Shown in pieces: positions 27,377 to 36,569 of a stretch of 64,000 nucleotides of DNA (its first letter is position 1; every line of letters starts with the position of its first letter). The notes below the pieces were generated by a model. The model was not told where the DNA came from. It searched no databases and saw only the letters and a list, made by a program, of their open reading frames with translations. The DNA is from a virus, in the IMG/VR virus record IMGVR_UViG_3300032240_002475, positions 1 through 64,000 of that record. One strand, written 5' to 3'. The translations under genes and the position numbers were made by a program.

Positions 27377-27451
27377 GGTGGATATAGCTCAGTTGGTAGA
27401 GCGCTAGATTGTGGTTCTAGTTGTCGCGGGTTCGAGCCCCGTTATTCACCC
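27377..27451 (+). tRNA. tRNA-His(GTG)
   Basis: G-1/C73; CTAGA-TTGTGGT-TCTAG. Confidence 0.93.
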
Positions 27452-27471
27452 ACATCGCCATATTTATATGT

Positions 27472-27933
27472 ATGGAAAAAAAAGTAATGTTAACTAAAGA
27501 ACAATTATTTAAAGTAATACATTTAAATGAGGCTGAAAATAAAGAAGAAACAACAGAAACTGCGGATGTTGTTGATATGATTGCAACATTACTTCACTCA
27601 AGAAGTCAAGCACATATTTTTCATTGGCAAACTAAATCACAATCTTCATTTGCCGAACATATGGCATTAGGTACGTATTATGAAGAAATTGTTGAATTAA
27701 TTGATGGTATTGTTGAAAGTTACCAAGGAAAACACGAATTAATTACAGGATACAAAACAGTAAAAATGGTTGATTATAAATCAACAGAGCAATTAATAAG
27801 TTATTTCAAAGACTTAGATAATAATATTGAAAAGAATAGAAAAGCAGTCAAAGAATCTTATATTCAAAATCAAATTGATGGAATTCAAGAATTAATATAT
27901 TCCACATTGTACAAATTAAGATTCTTAAAATAA
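27472..27933 (+). CDS. ferritin/Dps-like four-helix protein (DUF5856-like)
   Basis: H.FHWQT..FAEH.AL..YYE...D..VESYQG, TLYKLRFLK; start trimmed past tRNA-His. Confidence 0.75.
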   Translation: MEKKVMLTKEQLFKVIHLNEAENKEETTETADVVDMIATLLHSRSQAHIFHWQTKSQSSFAEHMALGTYYEEIVELIDGIVESYQGKHELITGYKTVKMVDYKSTEQLISYFKDLDNNIEKNRKAVKESYIQNQIDGIQELIYSTLYKLRFLK

Positions 27934-27954
27934 TTATTAATAAAATAGGATTTA

Positions 27955-28620
27955 ATGAAAAGAATTATCAAATTGACTGAACAAGACCTTAATAGATTGG
28001 TTAAAAGAGTTATAAAAGAACAACAAGGCCAAGGTCCTTGGTTTGGAAGAGCACCTGGTCCCGCTTCATTGGGAGTTCGTGAAGTTAAAAGACCAATCAA
28101 AATGGATGGTTCTTTATTTGCAAATGGTATTGATACTATTGATACAAATAGCCAACAATTCAAACAAGGAGTTGATGCAATTAAAAGTGCATTAATGAAA
28201 TCCAAAAATTTAGAAGTTGATGTTCAAGGAGGAGCTTCTGCAGTTGGTAGTAACTCAGGATATGACAATAAATCATTAGCAACGAGAAGAAGTTCCAATT
28301 TTATTAAAGCAATTAAACCCATTTTCCCTAATGTGACTTTTAATGTAGGTACACCTATTGTAGGAACCGCAACAACAAAGAATTCACTTGAAGCAAATGC
28401 CGAACAATTTGTAAAACTTTCATTCAATACTACAGATACTGACTTATATCAAATTCCAGCTGTTGACAACACTGCAAACGCAATGATAAGAATCAACCCT
28501 AATAAAAAGTTGACTCCTAAACCAAATGAATCTACAGTTACAAAATGTGTTAAAATACCAGCTAGTCAAGTAGCCATGTTTGAAAAAATTGCCAGTTCAT
28601 TAGGATTGATTATTACGTAA
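27955..28620 (+). CDS. probable virion protein with OmpA-C-like region
   Basis: N-terminal IIKLTEQDLNRLVKRVIKEQ motif; DN.SLATRR. Confidence 0.6.
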   Translation: MKRIIKLTEQDLNRLVKRVIKEQQGQGPWFGRAPGPASLGVREVKRPIKMDGSLFANGIDTIDTNSQQFKQGVDAIKSALMKSKNLEVDVQGGASAVGSNSGYDNKSLATRRSSNFIKAIKPIFPNVTFNVGTPIVGTATTKNSLEANAEQFVKLSFNTTDTDLYQIPAVDNTANAMIRINPNKKLTPKPNESTVTKCVKIPASQVAMFEKIASSLGLIIT

Positions 28621-28639
28621 TTTTTTAATACAATATAGT

Positions 28640-28810
28640 ATGGGACAATATAGATATACAATAGCACATTATGCTGACGGTCAATTAGTTAGACCTGAAT
28701 TTTTTACTGATTCATTAGAAGAAGCTCAAAAGATTGCTTCAATGTATGAAGGATGTGTTAGAGTTTATGATGAAGAAGGAAACATTATCATAGACAACGA
28801 TGTTCAGTAA
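28640..28810 (+). CDS. small hypothetical protein (56 aa, not in ORF track)
   Basis: MGQYRYTIAHYADGQLVRPEFF...DVQ*. Confidence 0.55.
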   Translation: MGQYRYTIAHYADGQLVRPEFFTDSLEEAQKIASMYEGCVRVYDEEGNIIIDNDVQ

Positions 28811-28912
28811 ATCTTAAAAAAAACTTAAAAAAAATTGACTATTTCACAATCAGTCTTTATATTTATAGTCTATTAAGTTAATCAAAACATTAAATTAAAA
28901 AACAAAAAAAAC

Positions 28913-29086
28913 ATGAAAAAAATCGTAGCATTATTTGCAATCGTAGCATTGGCATCTTGCGGAACAGGAGCATCAACTGAAGTAAAATCTGATTCAACTG
29001 CTGTTGTAGTAGATTCAACTAAGAAAGATTCTACAGTTGTACCTGTAGATTCTGCAAAAGCTGAAAAAGCAGCAGAAGTTAAATAA
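28913..29086 (+). CDS. small lipoprotein (57 aa, not in ORF track)
   Basis: MKKIVALFAIVALASC lipobox, A-rich leader, downstream terminator. Confidence 0.8.
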   Translation: MKKIVALFAIVALASCGTGASTEVKSDSTAVVVDSTKKDSTVVPVDSAKAEKAAEVK

Positions 29087-29108
29087 TATAACTTTCTGTA
29101 AAGAAATT

Positions 29109-29140
29109 AACCCCCTTACTTGATAGTTTGGGGGTTTTTT
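29109..29140 (+). terminator. intrinsic terminator
   Basis: AACCCCC...GGGGGTTTTTT. Confidence 0.65.
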
Positions 29141-29141
29141 A

Positions 29142-31055
29142 TTATAATAATTTTTTAATTCTTTCTATATCTTCATTCACTTTTTTAGTAAATGGTTTTT
29201 TGATTGCATCTATAACCCAAGGGTCAACAGGTCTTTTATCTGAAACTCCTCCCCATCTTTTTTGTTTCAGTTCACCAGTTTTTTTATCGTATCTATTTCC
29301 AAATATTTTGTTAAATGCCATACTTGGTAACATTCCTAATAATGCGACTGCAGGGTCTTCATAATACCTTTCTTTTTCTGGTTTTTTTCTTTCATCTTTA
29401 TCGTCTTCTTTATCGTATCTTTTTTTCTTTTCTGTTGGTTTTTTAACTTCAAATTTGTCACCAATATAAGCTCTATTCCAAGAACGGTCATAGAGCGTTA
29501 CTTCAACATCATCCTCGGTCATACCGATTATTTGTCCTTCAACAACTTTCATACCATGACTAACTAAAGGTTTACTAATTCCACAAAATTCTAAATAAAT
29601 TTTTTCATTATCTTCATTTTTGATTGTAATTTGATTTTTACATGAAGAAGAAAATCTTGAATTATCAACTATTCCTGATATTGGAGTTCTTATTTTTTTA
29701 TTTAAATCTCCTGGAATAATTATTTTTCCAAATCTATTTTGAACACCATTGCCAAAGTTTTGTTGTTCTTTTATTTGTCTACTTTCGTTATTTGGTTTAG
29801 GTTTTTCTTTAGAGCCAAACAGAAAACTACCAATTTTTTCACCAGCTTTGTAAATAAATTCATCTCTATCTTCAATATCTGATGTTTTGTATGAGCCTAA
29901 ATTCGATGGTGTTGAACCTGAACTAGCTGAACTTGCTCCAGCGCATTTTAAAGTACCATCATCATTTAAAAATTCTTTAATATTATGGCCAGTTTCCACT
30001 CCAATATGTACGTGGTCAGAATCACTTCCAGGAAAATCTGCAATATAACCAATTAATTGGCCACATTGAATTTTTGAACCCTGATTTATTGGCGAATCTT
30101 TTAAATGGGTATAATAAACACTTGGTAAACCACCATCACTTTTTACGGTAAAACTTTGTCCAAATAATCTTTTACCGTCTTTTTCAACAATTTTTTCACC
30201 GTAATCACTAAATGTTTGGGCAACACCATCAGCAATTGCATATACAGGAGTTCCAACTTCTCCCATTATGTCCCACGCATTATTACTTTGCCATCCTGAT
30301 TGACCAGCGTGTGCTCCATCTGCGGGTATAACTACGTCGGCACCTCCAAAAAGTTGAACGCTGTTTTCTAATGCTTCATTCATTAAGAATTTTTTAAATT
30401 CTTTTTTTGTTTGAATCATTTCACTTAATCCGCTAGTACTTTTTAAATTTTGAATAATTTGACCAAACCCTGTTTTACCTGTTGATGTTGTCGGTTGATT
30501 TTTTCCTGTTGCCGCTGCGTAGGCTTTTTCGGCATCACCTGAATTATCAATAGGTTCTGATGATGGCGTTGTTGGAGTTGCACCTGATAGAGTAATACCA
30601 TCTTTATTAATGTAATCCATTGGATTTAATAACTGACCGTTCTTTCTAAGTGTAAAATGTAAATGTCTGCCATCGCTTATACCATGACCTAAGTCATTCG
30701 CTCCACCACCACTAATACCTATGACATCTCCTTGTTTAACTTGTTGACCTTGAGTAACATTAATTTTTTGCATGTGACAAAATCCTGTTCTGAATCCATC
30801 CGCGTGGTCAATAACAATTGTACCACCACATGGGGGTTCATCAGCGGCTACTTTGGCAACAACTCCATCTGCGGGAGCTTTAACCTCTGCAGCATCTGCA
30901 GCTAAATCAACTCCGTTATGACTAGAGCTAAACCCTTGATTAAGTGATATATTATCCAAAGGGCCATTCAACGCTGACTCATGTAAACTCAACAAAGATT
31001 TTTTTGAGTTACTAATTTCTTCGTAGATTTCAAGAATCTTTTTTTCAATATTCAT
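29142..31055 (-). CDS. multi-domain M23 peptidase (probable virion-associated)
   Basis: HNGVD...HLHF domain, second H...D / HVH domain, third degenerate M23-like domain. Confidence 0.85.
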   Translation of the reverse strand: MNIEKKILEIYEEISNSKKSLLSLHESALNGPLDNISLNQGFSSSHNGVDLAADAAEVKAPADGVVAKVAADEPPCGGTIVIDHADGFRTGFCHMQKINVTQGQQVKQGDVIGISGGGANDLGHGISDGRHLHFTLRKNGQLLNPMDYINKDGITLSGATPTTPSSEPIDNSGDAEKAYAAATGKNQPTTSTGKTGFGQIIQNLKSTSGLSEMIQTKKEFKKFLMNEALENSVQLFGGADVVIPADGAHAGQSGWQSNNAWDIMGEVGTPVYAIADGVAQTFSDYGEKIVEKDGKRLFGQSFTVKSDGGLPSVYYTHLKDSPINQGSKIQCGQLIGYIADFPGSDSDHVHIGVETGHNIKEFLNDDGTLKCAGASSASSGSTPSNLGSYKTSDIEDRDEFIYKAGEKIGSFLFGSKEKPKPNNESRQIKEQQNFGNGVQNRFGKIIIPGDLNKKIRTPISGIVDNSRFSSSCKNQITIKNEDNEKIYLEFCGISKPLVSHGMKVVEGQIIGMTEDDVEVTLYDRSWNRAYIGDKFEVKKPTEKKKRYDKEDDKDERKKPEKERYYEDPAVALLGMLPSMAFNKIFGNRYDKKTGELKQKRWGGVSDKRPVDPWVIDAIKKPFTKKVNEDIERIKKLL

Positions 31056-31105
31056 ACAAATATAAATATCTATGATACAAATAAAAAAAACCGACTGTTG
31101 TCGGT

Positions 31106-31408
31106 TTATTTAGAATACGTAAGTCTTTTGATTTTTGGTTCTTCAGGTTTTGTTTCAACCTTTACTTCTTTTGGTTTTTTTGGTTGTTTAATTTCAACTA
31201 AGCCAAACTTCATAAATTTATACCAAAATCTTTCGTGTAAATAATATAATGCAGGTTTAACTATTAATTCAGCAGCTCCAAAAGCCGCACCAATTTTTAC
31301 ACTTCCTGTTGCTGCCCACATGATTAAAAATCCAATGAGTGTGCTAATTATTCTGTAACTGATTGTTTTTGCCAAGTGTCTTTTGGCCGATACTTTAAAT
31401 TGATTCAT
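31106..31408 (-). CDS. DUF2061 membrane protein
   Basis: RHLAKTISYR...YYLHERFW. Confidence 0.8.
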   Translation of the reverse strand: MNQFKVSAKRHLAKTISYRIISTLIGFLIMWAATGSVKIGAAFGAAELIVKPALYYLHERFWYKFMKFGLVEIKQPKKPKEVKVETKPEEPKIKRLTYSK

Positions 31409-31790
31409 AAGGACTAATATATGAAGGGATTTCAATGTCTTTCAATCCCCCATCTCTTTGTAAGTTTATTCCAATTGCTCTTGGTAATTCAGGATTTTCA
31501 GGGTCAACGTCATTCAAGATTACTCTTGTACCTCTTCCCATTTCCATAATTAATTGGCTATATCTAACACCAATGGTGTCAAGCTCCTGTTTAGTAAATA
31601 GTCTATAACTTTCAGGACGAGCAGTTGTTATAACAACAACTGAACCATTGTCATGATGACTATTCACATAATCCACAACATCTTGAATTGGGGTTAATAC
31701 TGATTCAGATAATTCACTGAATTTACGATACTTTACAAGTGTACCATCTATGTCCACGAATAATGTGGGGTTTTTGATTACTTTATTCAT
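31395..31790 (-). CDS. HAD-family phosphatase
   Basis: FVDIDGTL, TTAR, IND motifs. Confidence 0.8.
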   Translation of the reverse strand: MNKVIKNPTLFVDIDGTLVKYRKFSELSESVLTPIQDVVDYVNSHHDNGSVVVITTARPESYRLFTKQELDTIGVRYSQLIMEMGRGTRVILNDVDPENPELPRAIGINLQRDGGLKDIEIPSYISPYESI

Positions 31791-31972
31791 ATTTTTGGTT
31801 GTTTTGGAATTACTATCCAAAACAAAAGATAAGTTAAAATACTGGGAAATGGACTAAAAATTCCGACAAGAAATAATAATCTAAAAATAGATTCATCAAC
31901 GTTAAAATATTCACCTAAACCGCCACAAACGCCTGCAATTTCGGAATTTCTATGTCTGTAAAGTTTTTTCAT
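31787..31972 (-). CDS. pspC: PspC domain protein
   Basis: KLYR...IAGVCGGLGEYFNVD...R...Y...W.VIP. Confidence 0.9.
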   Translation of the reverse strand: MKKLYRHRNSEIAGVCGGLGEYFNVDESIFRLLFLVGIFSPFPSILTYLLFWIVIPKQPKI

Positions 31973-32222
31973 AATTAAGTTAAAAAGATGGTCAGAGGTT
32001 GATGGGTATTACCTAAGAGTGCACTTCCGTTTACCGCTGCAGACGGTTACATCAACTTGACCACCATGCGTTAAAAGTAAATAATATCTCCAGGATTGTC
32101 CCAATCTTCAGTTTCTTCAACATCTTTTGGACCTACACTTAAATTGTTAAGTTTTACCTTAATTTCTACAACTTGATACATTTTTTTAACGTTTTTAATT
32201 CCTTTTCAAATATAATATATTA

Positions 32223-32414
32223 TTAAGTATTATCAAAGTTTTTTTTGTTTAATTCTTGAATAGAAATTTCGTTATGTTTCCATTCTTTCCATACTTCAAA
32301 ATCTTTTAAATCTTCCAAAGTTTTTTCATGGACTAAAACAAAACCTTCAGGTGCAATACCGTCAAATTTTCTAATGTGACCTTCTTCTTTAATTATTTTT
32401 TTAATATCAATCAT
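32223..32414 (-). CDS. hypothetical protein
   Basis: Short ORF; start trimmed to MIDIKK. Confidence 0.5.
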   Translation of the reverse strand: MIDIKKIIKEEGHIRKFDGIAPEGFVLVHEKTLEDLKDFEVWKEWKHNEISIQELNKKNFDNT

Positions 32415-32769
32415 TTGTTTTTCCATGAGGGTATGGTTTTCCGTTTCCATCTAATAATACAAATACAATTTCGTCAACTTTGACAATTGATTGTTTTGTT
32501 TTTTTATTTCTTACATCACAACAAACTGTTACTGATGTATTTCCAAATTTAACTAAATCCATTCCAAATTCAATAATATCACCAAGATGTGCTGTTGTCA
32601 CAAAATTAACTTCGGACATAAGTTTTGTTACAATACTTGAACTCTCCAATTGACAAATTGCAAATATAGCCGCCTCTTCATCTATCCATTGAAGTATTCT
32701 TCCGCCAAATAAAGTACCTCTTGGATTTAAGTCTTCAGGTTTAATTAGTTTTCTTGTTCTGTATATCAT
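32407..32769 (-). CDS. HotDog-fold acyl-CoA thioesterase
   Basis: DLNPRGTLFGG..L.WIDE motif. Confidence 0.85.
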   Translation of the reverse strand: MIYRTRKLIKPEDLNPRGTLFGGRILQWIDEEAAIFAICQLESSSIVTKLMSEVNFVTTAHLGDIIEFGMDLVKFGNTSVTVCCDVRNKKTKQSIVKVDEIVFVLLDGNGKPYPHGKTND

Positions 32770-32855
32770 CTTTGTTTAATTTATTTCCTAACCACAAAGC
32801 AGTACTAAAAATAATGATTATTATTAGTACAGTTGCTCCTAACCCAATAGTTAAA

Positions 32856-33461
32856 TTAACTATCTGTTTTAGTGTCGTCGTCATTTAAAAATTTTATAAT
32901 TTTTTCTTTGATTCCATTTTGTTTAATGCCTTCTCTACTAGATGGTGTTAAGACAAAGTTAGTTAATCCCCAATCCATTTCAATCTCTCCCCACGTTTCA
33001 TTTGTTTGTGGTATACCCATATCCAAATCATCAACAGCAACCCAATGAGTAATTTCAGGATGGTCTTGAAGATATTGTTTAATCTCTAATGACCGAGATT
33101 GCTCTAAATCATATGTTCGTGACCATGGAAAGTTTTGAGGAATTTCACAGTCATTTAAATTCTTTGTAAACGCAATAGGTTTCTTAACAATACCTTGTTG
33201 TTCATAATATTCACCTAATTTTTCTAAATTAGCCCATTTCTTCCAATCTGAACTTACAACAATTTCTGCACCCGTCTCTTCTAAAATTTCATTCAAAACC
33301 TTGAGCGCTTTTTTATTGAAATTATCAAAGCGAGCATCTACAGGCAAACTATCGATAGATTGACTTAACTTCCTACCAGCTTCTTTTTGCTTCTTGAAAC
33401 GACCACCCCACTCTGTTGATAAACAGATTACTCCATCATGGTCTAAAAATATAGTTTTCAT
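32856..33461 (-). CDS. HAD domain protein (Swiss-army-knife RNA-repair type)
   Basis: IFLDHDGV, VVSSDW, EI..YL, VAVDD. Confidence 0.8.
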   Translation of the reverse strand: MKTIFLDHDGVICLSTEWGGRFKKQKEAGRKLSQSIDSLPVDARFDNFNKKALKVLNEILEETGAEIVVSSDWKKWANLEKLGEYYEQQGIVKKPIAFTKNLNDCEIPQNFPWSRTYDLEQSRSLEIKQYLQDHPEITHWVAVDDLDMGIPQTNETWGEIEMDWGLTNFVLTPSSREGIKQNGIKEKIIKFLNDDDTKTDS

Positions 33462-33533
33462 AATACAAAGATACGATATTTATTTAGAAAAACACGTCTA
33501 CGGGCATAAAAATTAAACACCCTTCTATGGAAG

Positions 33534-33758
33534 ATGGCGATAAACAGAAAAACGTGGAGAAGAACGTTTCAAGACAATCTCTCCCAAATATTTTTAATGC
33601 TGGCGTTGTTTTTCAATCCATTTGGGTTCGATGCCGTTCAATATTCATTGATATTACTGACAGGAAGTTTATGGAAAGCGAACTTCGTTTTGTATTGTAT
33701 TGCGGGAGTATTTTTTGGATTATATATCTACTTTCGCAGATTATCTAAAGGGCTTTAA
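33534..33758 (+). CDS. small membrane protein
   Basis: Two TM segments with basic termini. Confidence 0.5.
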   Translation: MAINRKTWRRTFQDNLSQIFLMLALFFNPFGFDAVQYSLILLTGSLWKANFVLYCIAGVFFGLYIYFRRLSKGL

Positions 33759-35238
33759 GTTCTCCTGATTTGAATGCCTCAAAATTGGGACCTTTGACTA
33801 AGAAATAATCTTTACCAATTTTTCTATAATTTAAAATTCCTGCCATTTTTGCGGATGCAAAGAAAGATGAAAACTGACCTCTGAATTGAGAAGATGGTAC
33901 ATAATTGTCTCCTGAACGAGAGTATAATTTTTTACCATCAACAACTTTTGTTTTAAGTTTACCAAGAGACTCTAAAAAATCTAATTTTGTTCCTATAGTG
34001 CCAGCGTCTAAGAAATCGACCAATTTTTTAATAAGTCCTTTGTTTTTTCCAAAAGTATAACCGTAGTTGAATCTATCTGGTCTCCATACTTTCGACGTTC
34101 CTGCAATTTTTTGAGTTAATTTTGGATTGTTTATAATATGGTCCAATACTCTGGATGCAATGTGTTTTCTAATACTTTCGGCAGTTTCCGCAGGATTTCT
34201 ACCAATACTATAAGTTACATCAATTCCCCACTCTTCAAGTCCAAGGTCTTCAAAATCTTCACCAGGTACTTCATCAGGTCCTGCAAATCCTATACTGGCG
34301 GTAAATGTTTTTTTATCTTTGGATTTGTAAGTGATAAAAACTTGATATTCATCAATCAAATTATTTTCTTTATCTGAATTTAATGATATTGATAAAATAG
34401 CCTCCGAATGACCAAATCCCAAATCAGGATTATTTTGAAATCCTCTTATATAAGTTAATAAATTATAATTTGAGTTTAAATAATTTTTACTTTCTTTGGA
34501 GTTTTCCCCCATAGAGTTAAATGACTGAGTTAAAAACTTATCCGTCATTGACCCTGCATGAGCTTTATAGTCATCTTTAATTGATTCAATCATTTCAGGA
34601 AATGCATATTCAAATACATCAATTTCCCTTTGACTCATTGGTGAATCTTGGGCGTCCCAATATCTCATAAATCCTTCATCATTAAAATGGATTGCGACTT
34701 TTGAGTAATTTTTGTTTGTTGACTTTGCTTTGTTAATTATAAAATATAATCCTTGACGACCTGCGGTATATCTACCAAAATGACCTGAATTTTTTGATGT
34801 AACACACCACTTTGTATTTGAACCGTATTTACAAGAGGCTTCTTCAGTTTTTGGTTGAATAACAACAAAATCACCTTTTTCGTAAATCTTTTTTGCTTGA
34901 CCTTCTAATTCTTTTTCTTTGTTTTTTCCTCTAATGTAAAGAATTACTTTTTCAAGTTCATTTAATGACACGTATTGATTTATATCTTTTTTAGGAAATT
35001 GGGATTGATACTTATCAAAATCTTTTATAAGCCCTACAAGGTGTTCTAATTTATCAGTATCCAATTCACCGTCACCATCTGTATGTTTTAATACAAAATC
35101 CGTATACTTGTGATTGAAATCCTTTAAATCAGAAATATTCAAAATAAAGTCTAAATCTTCTTCATTAAACTTTGTAGAATATTTTTTTTTTAAATCTTCT
35201 TTACGACCTTCCCTTAAAAGAATACCCATGAATTTCAT
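33745..35238 (-). CDS. conserved large-phage hypothetical protein
   Basis: KKDINQY and EASCKYGSNTKWC motifs. Confidence 0.7.
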   Translation of the reverse strand: MKFMGILLREGRKEDLKKKYSTKFNEEDLDFILNISDLKDFNHKYTDFVLKHTDGDGELDTDKLEHLVGLIKDFDKYQSQFPKKDINQYVSLNELEKVILYIRGKNKEKELEGQAKKIYEKGDFVVIQPKTEEASCKYGSNTKWCVTSKNSGHFGRYTAGRQGLYFIINKAKSTNKNYSKVAIHFNDEGFMRYWDAQDSPMSQREIDVFEYAFPEMIESIKDDYKAHAGSMTDKFLTQSFNSMGENSKESKNYLNSNYNLLTYIRGFQNNPDLGFGHSEAILSISLNSDKENNLIDEYQVFITYKSKDKKTFTASIGFAGPDEVPGEDFEDLGLEEWGIDVTYSIGRNPAETAESIRKHIASRVLDHIINNPKLTQKIAGTSKVWRPDRFNYGYTFGKNKGLIKKLVDFLDAGTIGTKLDFLESLGKLKTKVVDGKKLYSRSGDNYVPSSQFRGQFSSFFASAKMAGILNYRKIGKDYFLVKGPNFEAFKSGELKAL

Positions 35239-35253
35239 ATAGATAAATACCCA

Positions 35254-35604
35254 TTATTTCCAAAACAATTGAATACCAAGAATAACAAAACTCAAGAAAA
35301 GACAAACTGATGTTTTTAAGGTAACAGGTTCTTTTAACATAGTCCAAGACATTATACTAAAAACAATAACCCCAAGACAAAAGCCTATAATCCTGTTAGG
35401 CCACGTTTGACCACCCCACAGTTCAACCATTTGTCTGCTAGCTAGTATTACCACATAACCAATCGGGAGTCCGAGGATGGTCATTAAAAGTGGGTTTTCT
35501 TTAATCCATTTATTCCACAGATGTCCTTGTAATTGATAAAACGTAAAAACCTGAGATATAGTATAGGCTACAAAAATGAATAACCCTATTAAAATTTTGT
35601 TCAT
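35254..35604 (-). CDS. small multi-TM (DMT/EamA-like) membrane protein
   Basis: Four hydrophobic helices, LKEP..K motif. Confidence 0.6.
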   Translation of the reverse strand: MNKILIGLFIFVAYTISQVFTFYQLQGHLWNKWIKENPLLMTILGLPIGYVVILASRQMVELWGGQTWPNRIIGFCLGVIVFSIMSWTMLKEPVTLKTSVCLFLSFVILGIQLFWK

Positions 35605-35668
35605 ATTACAATGATAGTAAATTTTTGGCATAAAAAAACCCCCACCTAAAAAGATGAGGGTTTAATCA

Positions 35669-36058
35669 CTATTGTGTCAAACTATTTGAGAGGTATTCAC
35701 ACTCATACTCTTGACAAGTTTTTGGCCTAATGTCGTACATTGAACACGCCTTAACTTTAGTATTGTAAAAAATACACGGAAGTCTTGGATTATAAAAATC
35801 TACTCTAAATGCTGGATATGAACCAGGGTTTTGCCAAGTAGATTTATTTGGAAATAAAGTTTTTCCTTCTTCGTAATTTACAAAAACCTCTCTGTACTCA
35901 ATTTCTCTACCTAATTTATCTGATAATCTTTCAATAAATTCTTCAGCATCAGGATGAGGGCCAATGATAAAATCTCTGTCCTCTAAAGTACAACAACTTC
36001 CGTGGTGTCCTGGCATTCCATAACACTTGTTACTACATATATTACAATCTGTACCCAT
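35669..36058 (-). CDS. YkgJ/CxxCxxCC cysteine-cluster protein
   Basis: C..C...C...GSCC, PCIF, CSMYDIRPKTCQEYEC. Confidence 0.8.
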   Translation of the reverse strand: MGTDCNICSNKCYGMPGHHGSCCTLEDRDFIIGPHPDAEEFIERLSDKLGREIEYREVFVNYEEGKTLFPNKSTWQNPGSYPAFRVDFYNPRLPCIFYNTKVKACSMYDIRPKTCQEYECEYLSNSLTQ

Positions 36059-36097
36059 AATTAAAATAAAAAAAAAGTTCACATTACTATGAACCTA

Positions 36098-36495
36098 TGG
36101 TGGAGGTGGCGAGAATCGAACTCGCGTCTTACAATATTAACATAAACAGACTACACGTTTAGTACAACATCGGTTCTCAATGTTACGAAATATCAGGTTT
36201 GATGTGTGTGAGAACCCTACCTGCAAACAACTTGGTCTCAGAGTTATTTTAAACGAGCTCTGACCTGTGACCCGTATAGCGGACTTCTGTTCCTAGGTTA
36301 TATGTCCTAACCGACCCGAACGTTGTTCTCTACTATTAAGCAGCAACAACAGACGCTTCTCTAGTTAAACCTAAAGCAGCCATCTTAGCAAAAGTATTGC
36401 CATTTGAATTTTTTCACCGTGGATTTAAGTCATAGATGAATTCTGACTACGTGCCTGCGTACCCTAAGTATCGCAATCAATACCTGGACACCCCC
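36098..36495 (-). ncRNA. ssrA: tmRNA
   Basis: 5' GGGGGTG, 3' GACGCGAGTTCGATTCTCGCCACCTCCACCA with the Ala G-U acceptor pair; internal tag ORF (A)GNTFAKMAALGLTREASVVAA* at 36401-36336. Confidence 0.93.
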
Positions 36496-36569
36496 ATAAT
36501 TTCAATGAACTGATACAAAGATAAGAATAAATACTGTAAAACCAAACTGAAATCATATTTATTAACAAT

